This document shows positions 23,171 through 34,949 of a DNA stretch of 64,000 nt, piece by piece. This DNA is from Callorhinchus milii (taxonomy: Eukaryota). The position numbers were made by a program, and so were the translations under genes. The stretch lies in assembly GCF_018977255.1 (NCBI RefSeq), contig NW_024704745.1, positions 39,432,001 to 39,496,000 on the forward strand. The letters run 5' to 3'. The notes below the pieces were generated by a model. The model worked only from the letters and a program-made list of their open reading frames with translations, was not told the DNA's origin and made no database searches. Each line of letters starts with the position of its first letter. The stretch's first letter is position 1.

Positions 23171-24139
23171 CTGTTTAAGCGCTCGGAAATACTATCCTGC
23201 GTGGGGGGTGCTATATCAGTGCAGGTTGCAGTTGTTGTTGTTGTGCACCCGTATATTAGAACAAAACACTTTTGGTGCATGAGACAAACAGAATTAACTG
23301 CCCTTGTTGTTTGTCACTCAGAGAGAAGGCAGCTTGAAGATATGTATTGATTTTGTTTTTGTTCAGTATTTTAGCCATCCTAACAACATTTTTAGTAGTG
23401 GTGGCTTTTGGATGAAAACGTCCAGAAACAAAAGGAGAGACTTTCACTTCATTCTGCCAAAAGGACTATAATATTCCATGTCACCTTTGTAGAATGTTGT
23501 TAAAACCTATGGCTGAATTTTCTTGAGGACTTCGATCAGGTTTTCCAGCCATTTTAATCATTTATTATGCTCGGTGTAGGTCAGAAGTGGTAAAGGGGGC
23601 AAAGTTCTGAATTAAACCTGAAGTAACTGTAATTGAAGACTGCTTTTTAAGTAGAGATTTCTAAACATGGTAACTTTTCTCACTCATTAACATGGTCTTT
23701 TCACTGAAGAAAACACACTATCATGTCCAATTCTGGCTGTGATTGATTCAGTAACTCTTTGCCTTTCAGACATAGAACACAATGTTATCATCTGAAAAAT
23801 CATCACTTTTGATGACATCCAGATTGTTGCGAAGTTATTTTGATGTGTTTGGTGCAATAAGTACTGCAGATACTAGGCTGCAGTTATTAAGGTCAGTTTG
23901 ATTCCTTTGGGTAAGGACCATTAAAATACTTTTTCTAACCAATTTGCACCAAAACCAGATTTTAGAGTGAAAGATAATCATTAAAAATTGATTTTCACCC
24001 AAATTGCAATTTTAAAAACAAATTTGTCAATATTATTCAGTGACCTTGGGGGTGCTTACGCACATCCCAACACTTACCTTGTCAGGTTCCAGAAATGAAC
24101 TTGTAGATATAAGATACTATGAAAGCAATAGAAATGCAT

Positions 24140-24365
24140 CTAAAGATCTGTCAGTGAGCTCAGACTGAAGAGTAGTCAGGCAATATAACTGGCCTCAGTG
24201 CTTCAAGGCCAGAGGAAGGCTGATTTAGGTGGGGTTGTTACCCTTCATGAACTTTGGTAGAACTTGTTGGTGATGTCAGGTGAGAATAGGATAGTGAAAG
24301 CTCTGATGTCCCTCACAGTTCAATGGCCTGTTGATATTCACTATTTGAACTCAAGGGAAGAAAAT
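24140..24365 (+). mobile_element. AmnSINE2-like relic
   Basis: aactggcctcagtgc...gtcaggtgagaataggat...tgatgtccctcacagttcaatggcctgttgatattcact. Confidence 0.5.
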
Positions 24366-24384
24366 GTGTCGTAATATAATGACA

Positions 24385-24560
24385 TACATCACTGACAACA
24401 TTATCATACAATACAATCGCTGGTAATATATGGTATTGTTACTGTGGTGATATTATCAAACACTATTTATATTACCAATTGTTGGTGATATCAATCAAGT
24501 ATTTGTGATATTATCAATCACTAATGACATTATCATGTGATATAATCAATTACTGGTGGT
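24385..24560. repeat. Degenerate AT-rich minisatellite (tggtgatattatcaa-like units)
   Basis: Repeated gtgatattatca / gacattatca motifs. Confidence 0.6.
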
Positions 24561-24569
24561 ATTAGAGAA

Positions 24570-24830
24570 GAAAGTTTCTCCTGGTGAAGATCAACAATCC
24601 CATAAATAAAATTGATCAATTGACTTCATGGCTATTTGTCAAATTTGTTGCTGTGTTCATCTACAAAATACACAGTTACTACACTTTATGTAGCACCCTT
24701 TACGCAGGGTAGCGTCTTAGAACACTTAACAGTGGCGGAGAGTATTCCAGAATTTCGGGGTGTAGTGGCTGAAAGCGTGACCTCTGATGGTGGGCAGAGG
24801 GAGTGAGGGACGAGCAGGAGGTGCAAATAT
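24570..24830. mobile_element. Deu-SINE 3' fragment (+) abutting an L2 3' fragment (-)
   Basis: gtttctcctggtg...gacttcatggctatttgt, followed by tagcaccctttacgcagggtagcgtc. Confidence 0.55.
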
Positions 24831-25202
24831 GTGATATATTTACGCACCACATATAGCCCCCCCGCTCTGCCCCTGTTGTTAAGACTGATCATGGGTGACT
24901 GACCATTGGCAGAGCTGCTGGAAACCAGGTACTTGTTCCCCAGATGAGTCAGTATCTTCAAATTAGGCAAAGGGAGAATTGGTGGAAGAAAATTTAAATG
25001 ATCGGTAAGGCAGTTTGCTCAAAAGTAAGGGAGGGGAAAGAAAAGCATAGAGTTATTATCAGTTCATTGTCAAGTTAGAAAATGTTTCAATCATTGTTAA
25101 TGTCGTGCAGTTGCTTTAAATAAATTCATGGAATTATGTTTCTGAGCAGTGTTGTGAAACTGTTATTTGTGCTCTTTTCCCTATATTCCATATAGGGAAT
25201 AT

Positions 25203-25348
25203 GTGCTGTGTGCAATTGGCAACCACGTTTCACCCACAAATATATACAGTCAATTCACTTTACAGTCTATTCTGTGAATTGCTTTGAGACGTCGCGAAGA
25301 CGTGAAAAGTGCTGTATCAAATGCAAGCATAATGATTATTATTATTAC
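25203..25348 (+). mobile_element. SINE 3' half
   Basis: gctgtgtgcaattggc...cagtcaattcactttacag...atcaaatgcaag..(tta)n. Confidence 0.85.
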
Positions 25349-26604
25349 ATAGGACATGCCATAGGCACAAAACAGTCAACGTCAAAGTCAACCAACAGAT
25401 TTTTTTAAACAGTCTGCATCCGGACCAGGTTTTCTGAGAATGAGAACTGCAAAAAGAAGCTAAATATTGGAGTCCCTTTTACTGACATGTTGCAAAATAA
25501 TAGTATGCTTTCAGCCTGCTCCTGACTGCAGACAATGGCAATTGCAGTGCAAGACTAATAACAGGATTTAAAATAAATCCACCACAGGAAGTGAACAGTT
25601 GCACTGGCAAATAATTAACCAGTGAACATTTTATGGCGACATTAGGGTGCTTTGTGCTTTATAGCTTCAGGCAATTGTTATCATAAAAGTGATACAGATC
25701 TTCATGGTTCTAAAAAAAGCTAAATAAATAAAAGGCCACTTTTTTTGGGGGGGAGGGCTTCTTGGACGTTCTCTAATCCAGCTGCACCAGGGATTATACA
25801 GCTTGATGTAAAAGACTGCTTAAAGAACTTCCTTCCTTTTTATTTTAAATTGGTCTCCCTTCAAAGCAAGGTGGATTGTGATTATTTAACACAACAACCA
25901 AGTGGTTCAAAGCAACACTTTGATCTTGAACTGCTGCCAAATTCCCAAAGTTTAAAGCCCCCCTGTGCAGTGGAGTAGACTTGTATCCGCAACCCAAGCT
26001 AATTTGCAGTGTAATGTTAAAATTAATGCTAAAGCTCAGGGAAAGGGGGAAGGGAGGGGAAACGATCACAGAACATTTGCTTATGTCCATGAACCAACTG
26101 GAGAGTAAAATATAATGTATAGTGAAATTTGCTTCATCAAAACAAATCTTGTTACCATAGATTTAGTAATCCACATCGTATATTCCTGTATGTGTAATTC
26201 TTTCATGTGTGCTTAGGGTTTGAATGGTGCATTGATATAGTTGGAGATGTTCGTACTCCTCACCCCTAACATTATTTGAGACCATGCTGAGGAAATGCCT
26301 TAAAAATGCTTTTGGTACCAAGCTTCCCCTCAAAACTTAATAATAGGGCAGACATATTGTGATGAAGGAGCTTATGTTTGTTAACAGCATACTACTTGTA
26401 ACTAGGTATCTGTGAATGCTCAAGTTAATTGAGCGCAAAAGTCTTGTTTTTCATGGAGATTTATTTATAATAATATTCCTTCCATTTGATAAAGTGCATT
26501 ATCACTCAAAACATCTCAAAGAGCTTGACAGATCTTTTCTGTATAGTGCAGTGGCAAGGCAAGTCGGCATGTTTCAAAGCATTTCAGCTATTTCATAAAA
26601 CCTA

Positions 26605-26745
26605 TAATAATAATAATAATCTTTGCATTTGATATAGCGCTTTTCACGTCGGGAGGATGTCCCAAAGCGCTTCACAGAACACACTAAAGTGAATTGACTG
26701 TATATTTGTGGGCAAACGCGGCAGCCAATTGCACACAGCAATGTT
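26605..26745 (-). mobile_element. SINE 3' half
   Basis: Reverse complement of the SINE tail, with (taa)n at the left end. Confidence 0.85.
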
Positions 26746-26854
26746 TGTACTCATAGAATTACCCTCACAATTTCAAGGTCTGATGTGTCAACTCAAGATA
26801 ATTATCACATCACACGTAAACGCTGTTGAGGCCAGTCAATAATTGTTCAGTGAA

Positions 26855-27700
26855 TAACAACAATACAATACAAAATTACATTTGTAAAGCGCCTTTCACG
26901 TAAGGCGAACGTCCCACAGCGCTGAACAGTCAGGAATTAGGACCCGAGTGGGGGGGGGGGGGGAGTGGGGGGGAGGAGTTGGGATCAGAGAGGCTGGAGG
27001 GCGAGGAGGATGGGGTTAGGAGACTGGCCGAAGGCACGGTCGAAGAGGAGGGTCTTGAGACGTGCCTTGAAGGAGGTGAGGTGGGAGTGAGGTGAAGGGA
27101 ACATGGTATGGAGTTCCAGAGGGTGGGGACAAAGAGGCTGAAGGCTCAACCGTTGATGGTGGGGCGGGCCAGGTAGGGGACATGGAGCAGCCCAGAGCCT
27201 GCTGAGTGGAGGGAACGGTCAAGTTAATAAGGGGTTAGCAGGTCAGAGAGATAGGAGCAGGCAAGGCCATGGAGGGCCTTGAAGGTGAGTATGAGAATTT
27301 TGAACTCAATCCTCTGAAGGATGAGGAGCCAGTAGAGTCGGGTGAGGGTGGGTGTGATGGGGTTACAGATCCTGGTGCAGGAGAGGACATCAGCTGCAGA
27401 GTTCTGGATGATCTGCAGCTTGTGGAGCGAAGAGTTTGGAAGGCCGACGAGCAGGGCGATGGCATATTCAAGCCTGGTTGTAATGAAGGCATGTATGAGG
27501 GTTTCGGCGGCCTAAGAGTTGAGGTAGTGGTGGAGTCGGGCAATGTTGCGGAGGTTGGGGAAGGCAGAGTGGGTCATGGCATGGATGTGGGGAGAAAGGA
27601 CAGTTGAGGTTCCAACAAGACACCAAGGGTCCTGACTGGCTTGGTGAGGTGGAGTGTGCAACTAGAACTGAATGGGGGTATAACCTTCCCAACCCTCAAC
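26855..27700 (-). mobile_element. L2-clade LINE, 5'-truncated (~850 bp)
   Basis: Degenerate ORF2 C-terminus (AAETLIHAFITTRLEY..LLVG..HKLQIIQNSAA) and a tail ending (TTG)-like. Confidence 0.88.
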
Positions 27701-29109
27701 CCCCAAGATTCCAGCACACCAGTTGAGCCGCAAATGGGCCTGCTGCCAATCATCAAAGCATTTAAAGACTGGTCTGTGGGATACCAGCTTAATTTAGAAA
27801 GATATCTGCGTTAAGCCAATATCCTCACAAACAGGCACTTAAATGCTGTGCTCCATAGCCAAGCAACGCCAATGGCAGCAATGGCCCAGGCACAGATTAT
27901 GAACGTCTGTGTCTGATCCTTTATATCACAGATTGATAAGAGCTGGGTTCTTAATCTAATTGTGGATATTTATTGCTCCATATCTCAACTATGAGAAGCA
28001 GGCAGTAGGAGAACTGTTCTGAAGGGTAAGCATAACAGAGGTTCAGTTTTTATGGAAGTTTTGTAATCACTTATATCTGGAATCATTTGATCAGGCCTTG
28101 TTGTTTTCCAGTAACCTTGAAATGGTAAATTGCTTACTAGCTGCTTGCAGCCCTGTAGCTGGCAAATGCACTGTAAAAATAAGCACTCAATGTCGTTACT
28201 GATTACTGCTGCACTGCTGCTGGCACATGGAGGCTCATGTGAAACCGGTCAGCAGTTATAAAGGACATGTTTTTTTCTTTATCGAAAACACATGTGGGAA
28301 TTCAACTCGGTTATTTGTTCCACTATTTTGATTGGAATTAGAAATCTCAATGAAAGCATACACTCCTCACCCATTTTGCTTTGGGGGTCGATGATCCTTA
28401 GATTGCCAAAATTAACAAGCCTTTTTGCTAAGTCTTTAAAATGGGATTTCCTGTCATAAAGACTCAAATGAGAAAAATCACTATTGTCGTGATTAGCATA
28501 CGTTTGTTTCATTCTCTCATTCCTCCTCCTCCCTTTCCCCTGCCACCCTGACTCTTTCTGGTTAAATTGTTGAGGCAAATATTAAGGTACTTTATGTTTA
28601 ACTTTATGTTGCGGTTCAGCAATATAAAATGAGCACTGTGAAATACCATGAGACATAGTCACTTATTTATTTGAGGACAATTCCATGGGGAAAGGGTGAA
28701 GCAGAGGAGTGAAGCAAGGAAGATCAGTCCTTCAACACAGGAGAAAACTTTTTGTTGATTATGTACCAAATGAACTGATACAGGAATTGTCATAAAGAAA
28801 TCTTCGGATAATTGCTGCAGGAAGTCACAGAAAGGTGTTACAGAAAAAGAAAAGGTACATTTTATATATCTTTGTTGTGTATGTTTATTAAAATAATCTT
28901 AAACATTACATACGTTGGCATCTTATGTGTAATACATTTATACTTTTAAACAGAATTTCATGTGGAACATTGATTGTACCATTACTAATTGTAATAATTG
29001 ATATTGCTATTTGTAGTTGGGTATCAAATAATCCCTGGTATTTGCTTATGTAGCAACTTGCAAATTTGTAGGTTTCATTTTCCAATTGAGGCAAACTCAA
29101 TAAACCTAT

Positions 29110-29490
29110 AATGATCATTGCATTCAATATGGCGTCTTTCACATCAGGAGGACATCTGAACGCACCTCACAGGATACATTGCATTTTGTAGGCAAACATA
29201 GTAATGTCCAACAAACAGCACTTCCAACAATGCAGCACAACCCTACAACAATAACAACTTGCATTTACATAGCGCCCTTCACCAGGGTAGCGTCCTAGTG
29301 CACTTGACAGTGGCGGAGTCTGGCCCCAAGCCAGGGGGAGAGTGAGGGGGGAGTTGACCATAAGCACAATCAAAAAGGAAGGTCTTTAAGTGGGATTTGT
29401 GGGGAAGGAGGGAGCAAGACAGAGGGATTGAGGGAGAGAGTTTCAGAATTTTGGGTCATAGTCACCGACGGCACGGCCACTGATGATGGT
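29110..29490 (-). mobile_element. SINE tail plus L2 3' fragment
   Basis: gcgtctttcacatcaggaggacat and caacttgcatttacatagcgcccttcaccagggtagcg tails. Confidence 0.65.
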
Positions 29491-29509
29491 TCACAAATAA
29501 TGCTACGCA

Positions 29510-30150
29510 GGCTGCAATAGTGCTAAATAAGTTTCTTGCATCAGTCTTTACCAAGGAGGAGATGCGTAACCTATCTGTTCTGGAAAGAGAACTCAAGGAT
29601 GTCGCAGAGAAACGTTGCGACACTATTCATATCACTACCAGCATGGTTGCCAAACAGCTGTGTAAACTTAATGTAAATAAATCTCAGGGCCCGGATAAAT
29701 TGCATCCGAAGATCCTTAAGGAACTAAGGGAGGAAGTTGCAGAAATGCTGGCACAAATCTTTCAAAAATCACTGAATACTGGAGAGGTGTTGGGGAACTG
29801 GAGAAAGGCAGATGTTACTCTTATTTTTAAGAATGTTAACAAAAGTGACCCAGGTAACTAGAGACTAGTGAGTTTGACATCCATTGTGGATAAAATTATG
29901 AAGACTCTTATTAAGGATAAAATTATGGAGCATCTGGACAGAAATAAATTCATAAATGATAGCCAATATGGGTTCATGAAGGGAAGGTCTTGTCAATCTA
30001 ATTTACTGGTTTCCTTTGATGGTGTGACAAAGGAGTTGATAAGGGTAAGGTTATGGATGTTGTATATTTGGATTTCAGTAATGCCTTTGATAACGTTCCT
30101 CTTGAAAGGCTGGTATTGAAAGTAAAGAAAGCAGGAATCAATGGAGGTAT
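29510..30150 (+). mobile_element. CR1 LINE ORF2 (pre-RT/RT N-terminal) fragment, pseudogenised
   Basis: LNKFLASVFTKE...KSQGPDKLHPKILKEL...WRKADVTLIFK..DPGN*, then SLTSIVDKIM...SQYGFMKGRSC. Confidence 0.92.
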
Positions 30151-30159
30151 ATTACAATG

Positions 30160-30325
30160 GATACGCATAGTAATGTATGGTGCAGGTGGGTACCCGGGCG
30201 GCGGAGTTTTGAATTAATTGGATTTTGTGTATGGAGGAGCTGGGGAGACCAGCAAGGAGGGAATTGGAATAGTCCAGCTGGGAAGTGACAAAGGTGTAGA
30301 CAATGGTTTCAGCTGCTGTACTGGT
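30160..30325 (-). mobile_element. L2 ORF2 fragment
   Basis: AAETIVYTFVTSQLDYSNSLLAGLPSSSIHKIQLIQNSAARV. Confidence 0.88.
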
Positions 30326-30342
30326 TGTAATGAATGTTTCCC

Positions 30343-30460
30343 CTAGCACTGTACTGGAGTTTCAGCCTAGATTTCTGAGTTTAAAGTCCCAATTTGGGGT
30401 TTGAAACAATAGCCTTCTGACTCAGTGGCAAGAATTTGACCAACTGAACCAGGCTAACAC
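30343..30460 (-). mobile_element. Deu-domain SINE 5' fragment
   Basis: Reverse complement reads gttagcctggttcagttggtc..gccactgagtcagaagg..ctaggctgaaactccagtacagtgctag. Confidence 0.7.
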
Positions 30461-30904
30461 CCTATTTAATGTAATCTTGGACATTCTTGCTCTACACCAC
30501 AGAGCTTATTTACTTATTGTACTATTAGATGAGTCCCACTTGCCAACCCCCCCACCCCCACCACATAAGAGGAAAAAATCCTTGTAAAGACGATGCCTTT
30601 TGTACAAATATTTGTTTATCCAATTTTGAAATCTGTTACTTAGCAATAAAGTCACTGCAGATAAATATATATTTCTGTTGGCTATCTTTGTCATTTGCAA
30701 GTGTGGAAAACTTGTGTTTGGCATTGGATTCCTCTCTGACTCATTACATGGGAATCCAAGATGCCGACACTCATGACTTGTCAGCCAGGTTTGGATGGAG
30801 GGATGAATTCATTATTCAGGAGTTGATGAGATTATTTTGTGATGATGTTCCTTAAATAAGGAATGAAATAGGTTTAGGAATCAGTATGTGATTTTATACT
30901 AACA

Positions 30905-31035
30905 TAATAATAATCCTTGCATTTGATATAGCACCTTATCAGTTCATTGAGATGTCTCAAAGCACTTCACAGAATATATTGTAAAATGTATTGACTGTGT
31001 ATTTTGTGGGTGAAGCATGGGAGCCAATTGTGCAC
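30905..31035 (-). mobile_element. SINE 3' half
   Basis: taataataatccttgcatttgatatag... reverse tail. Confidence 0.85.
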
Positions 31036-31669
31036 ACAAAATAAGCAAATTTTTTTTGGAGGGTTTATTACCCCCCGAAAAGCAATCCACCAATTGACTA
31101 ACAACCAGGTTCCTACTTATTGCTAGGTAAACATGTGAAGCAAGGACACTTGCCAAACGTTTTACAAGAGACCATGCAAACCAGTTGGTGAAAAGATATA
31201 TCTATGATCAACTACAGACCGGTTCTTAAGATATTTATAAAACCCAAATTAAAAACAGTTAATGTAACATGTGAAATGAGTGACTCTTTAATACCTTCCC
31301 TATTTATATTACATTTAAGGAAAGTGTTCTAACCATAGAGTATTCATCAACTGATTATATACTCTATAATTACATACTTTTCTCAGTAAAATGCATGGCT
31401 CAGTGGTTAGTAACAACATCAGTTGAAAATAAACAGGGGAATGTAGGGCCTGTGTTTCTCAGGGGTGCTAAAATAATGTCAGCTGTATAGAAGGACTGGA
31501 AGTCTGGTGTCAATTCCCCCCTATCCCCAACCATCCCCTCCCAACACGACTCATGAGCTACCCCTGGTTGGCATCAAGCTCTGCTACTGTTAAAGGTCTA
31601 AAGATGCTTGCATGTGTGCTACAGAAATGCAAGTTGTTGTTTGATAAGTACACTAAAAAACTGAACAAC

Positions 31670-32008
31670 ACAGACATCTGTGGTTCCATGTTTGATATAT
31701 GATCTGCATTGAATTAATTAATCGTGTCCAAGACTTTAGTCTGAGGTACCAAATTGGCTTAGCACCCCCAGGCTAGTAAGGAGAAAAATACACATGGTGT
31801 TCCTCTCCTTGCCATTTTCTAGTTACTCTTGCCACAGGTAGATCCATGTTGGGGATAAGGTGTTAGTTATGATGCTTTGGGTGGTCTAATAGGAATCTTG
31901 AGCTAATTCTTCATGGGTGAGCCTGAGACACATTTTCCAGGCTCACACATGAAGAATTCCTCCCGACGTGAAAGACGCTATATAAATGCAATTTGTTGTT
32001 ATTGTTGA
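31670..32008 (+). mobile_element. AmnSINE2-like relic joined to an L2/SINE tail
   Basis: aattggcttagcacccccaggctag...gttcctctcc...ggctcacacatgaagaat, then cctcccgacgtgaaagacgctatataaatgcaatttgttg. Confidence 0.55.
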
Positions 32009-32789
32009 ATTGAGCTGTGGCATGAGATGGCAAGCAGTGCCCGTGTAACCATACCCAAACTTAAATCGCTTAAAAAGCAGAAATGTGAGGCTAGCCATAA
32101 CTGTCTCTTTTTTGTTTATGTATTGGTAAGATATTTTAAACATCTCTTTTGACCTGTTTTCACTCCTGTCAAGATCTCTCTCCTTATGCTATATCCCAGC
32201 AATGAGACTTCAGCCAATAATCCTGATCCTGACAGACAGGAGTTTGGTAAAAGTGGGCTCAGGTGACACTAGACTTTTAAGTTGTATGCATTCATATCCT
32301 CTCCTATGTTAAGATGTGTAGAAAAAAAACTCAAAGTAAAATAAATTAAAACACTAAACAAATCCAAATTTGAATCCCACTCTAAATCGTTTATTATTAT
32401 CCAATTAGAAACTTTTTGTTTGTCTTTATTGCATAATGTTGCTATAGTAAGTCAGGCGACACTTATATTATTGTTAATAGTCTGCAAGGCTTATGTGTAT
32501 AGCGACACCACATAGCTTCCACTGGAGATGTTATTACAAGCTATGGAAGAAATGGAGAGTGAGTCAGCTCGAATGTTTACCACATGTGGCTAATTTTGCT
32601 ATGTAACAATTTGTCTGCCAAAATGTCAATCTCTGTGCCAGAAAATGGCAAATGTTGAGCCATGAACATGGCAGCTCCAGTACAATGGTATCAATGCAGA
32701 GATCAATGTGAGTACTTTGGGGGTTATTCTGCTCCATGTGTTTCAGCTTTAGTGAATTTGTTCATATGAACTAAGAACTTTTCTGCCCT

Positions 32790-32900
32790 GTTTCGCCTAC
32801 AAAATATACAGTCAATTCATTTTACGGTATATTCCGTGAAGTGCTTTGAGATGTCTTGAAGACGTGATAAGGCACTATATCAAATGCAAGGATTATTATT
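32790..32900 (+). mobile_element. SINE 3' tail
   Basis: aaaatatacagtcaattc...caaatgcaaggattattatt. Confidence 0.85.
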
Positions 32901-33246
32901 CAGTAATTTTTCAAATGCTGTCTTTGTTTTGGTTGGGAAAAAAATGAAATAAAATTTAAGATGTATTATTTGATTTTACATTTATAGTTGCATTGCAGTT
33001 ATTTGTACAATTTGCCAAACAGAACAGAAAAGCACTTATCCCGCTTCAACAAATTTCAGGAATAAAGCACACAGTGCAGAACAATCCCCAGTTTATGCCA
33101 TGCAGGGCAAGGTGGTTTTGCCTTTGCCTTAACTTGGCTGCTTTACTAGATCAAAATATAGAAAAGGTTCTTTGTGGTTAAGGTAAAATACATGAAATGT
33201 AGCACACACTGCAAACATTCCCATTCCTAAAACAAAAGTTTCCCAA

Positions 33247-33445
33247 AATAATCCCTCAAAAAAAATAATAAATTGGTCATTTCAATCCATGACTGTTTAT
33301 GGGACACTGCCCGCAATTGGCTGCCGCATTTTGACCATCAACATACAGTCAATTCACTTTACAGTCTATTCTGTGAAGCGCTTTGAGACGTCTAGAAGAC
33401 GTGAAAAGCACTATATCAAATGCAAGGATTATTATTGTTATTAAT
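33247..33445 (+). mobile_element. 5'-truncated tRNA-Ala-family SINE
   Basis: aataatccctcaa...aaattggtcatttcaatccatgactg...aaggattattatt. Confidence 0.88.
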
Positions 33446-33526
33446 AGACAAACAGATTATGACACTACAAAGTGTTTTAGGACTAAGGGTTTATCATGCT
33501 GCATTGCAGTTTCTACTTCCGTATTA

Positions 33527-34205
33527 CAGAGGAGCCTCAATTATCCACCATCAGCTTACCCCTTTCCCGATTAGCCACCATTATTTCTGACAGCAGGAAG
33601 GTGTGGCAGGGAAACGACTGGAAGTTCAGAGCAGAAGTATTGGAACCAAAGTTTGAGTTGGATATGGAGTGAGAGTTTGGGGTATCTTGGTCCCAAGCTG
33701 GAATTAGATATAGAGAAACGTCACTTACTCAGTGTTGCATGCAGTGTGTTGTTTCTGTAAAGAGACATCAGTGAGTGTATTGAAAAGGAGAAATATGTTT
33801 AAGTGAAACCATAATTCCATGAAAAGGGATTTAAAAATGCATCATTTCTGTAAAATATTTTACCAGAGGGAGTTTTAAGTATTTTGATATTCATCTTGTA
33901 TTTCATTTACCTTGAAATACATCAGTTCAGTCATATTTTCCGAATAAAAAGTGACCTAGCTTAATGTATAAGAAATCTACCACTCAAAATAAATGGATGA
34001 AGAAAAGATTAAGAATTAATTTTTGATAAATGATGTTGTGATCGCAAAGAAAATAAATTGCCTATATTTGCAAAGTGAAAGAACATAATTCTGTTTGTAG
34101 TTCATATAAATCGATTTGTTGACTCTCGATTATATTTCCAATTTCAATTATTCATCGGGGGTGGAGGAGATCCTGTCTGTTAAGCAGATAATTGAGGGTC
34201 TACCC
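33527..34205. mobile_element. Tigger/pogo-like non-autonomous DNA transposon, old
   Basis: TA|cagaggagcctcaattatcc ... agataattgagggtctaccc|TA: degenerate TIRs resembling CAGTAGAACCTCGATTATCC with a TA TSD. Confidence 0.5.
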
Positions 34206-34949
34206 TATGCACTGGGGCATGACCTTCTCAAAAACCTTTAATTTCATAAAGAGGCAGAAGGGAGCATGATTTCAACAGGGTAAGTTGGATGTTGCCAGTT
34301 CTGAGATAAAATGCGTCATTTTGTAAATATTGTCAAAAACTCAATTCACACACTCAGACTAGTGAGTTCCAATGGCCTCCAAGGATGTGCTATTCAGTTA
34401 CAGACAATGGTATTTTTTATTACATTAGATAAATATATTGTTTTTCTTATACTGTACCTAAACAAATCCGAACAGTCTGTAGCTAGGATTTGGCTAATTT
34501 CACTCAACAACTGCTTGGTGTGCAGGAGTGCCTTCATTTTGTTTCAAGGAACAGGAAAAGTCCGTTAGATGCAACAAACCTACCGCCTTTGATAGATACA
34601 AAGTCACACCTTCTCACCATATCTTTCAATCCCTTCATAGAAATGCATCTAGTCTTTTAAAACCTATTTATATTGTTGGCCTCAATGACTTTCCTGCTTA
34701 TTCCTAACTTCTTAATTCATAACTTGTGTTCCCTGGAATTTGAACCTATCAGAATAATGCAGTTTAACTGGATTGACTTTGCCAGTGCCTTTCGTAATCA
34801 CAAAATATCAGTGTCTTCACCTTGAAGCCCCTTCAGTTTGGGTTAATTCTGTTTCCAATATATTTTCTTTACAATGTTCGCTCTTTCCACATCTGAGGAA
34901 GCAATTTGCATTCCAATTGCAGTGCACTTCGCTTTCCATCTCCTCCTCC

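Noticed and set aside
31336-31368. 9-bp inverted repeat atagagtat...atactctat
   Set aside because: Too short to call a MITE or regulatory structure.
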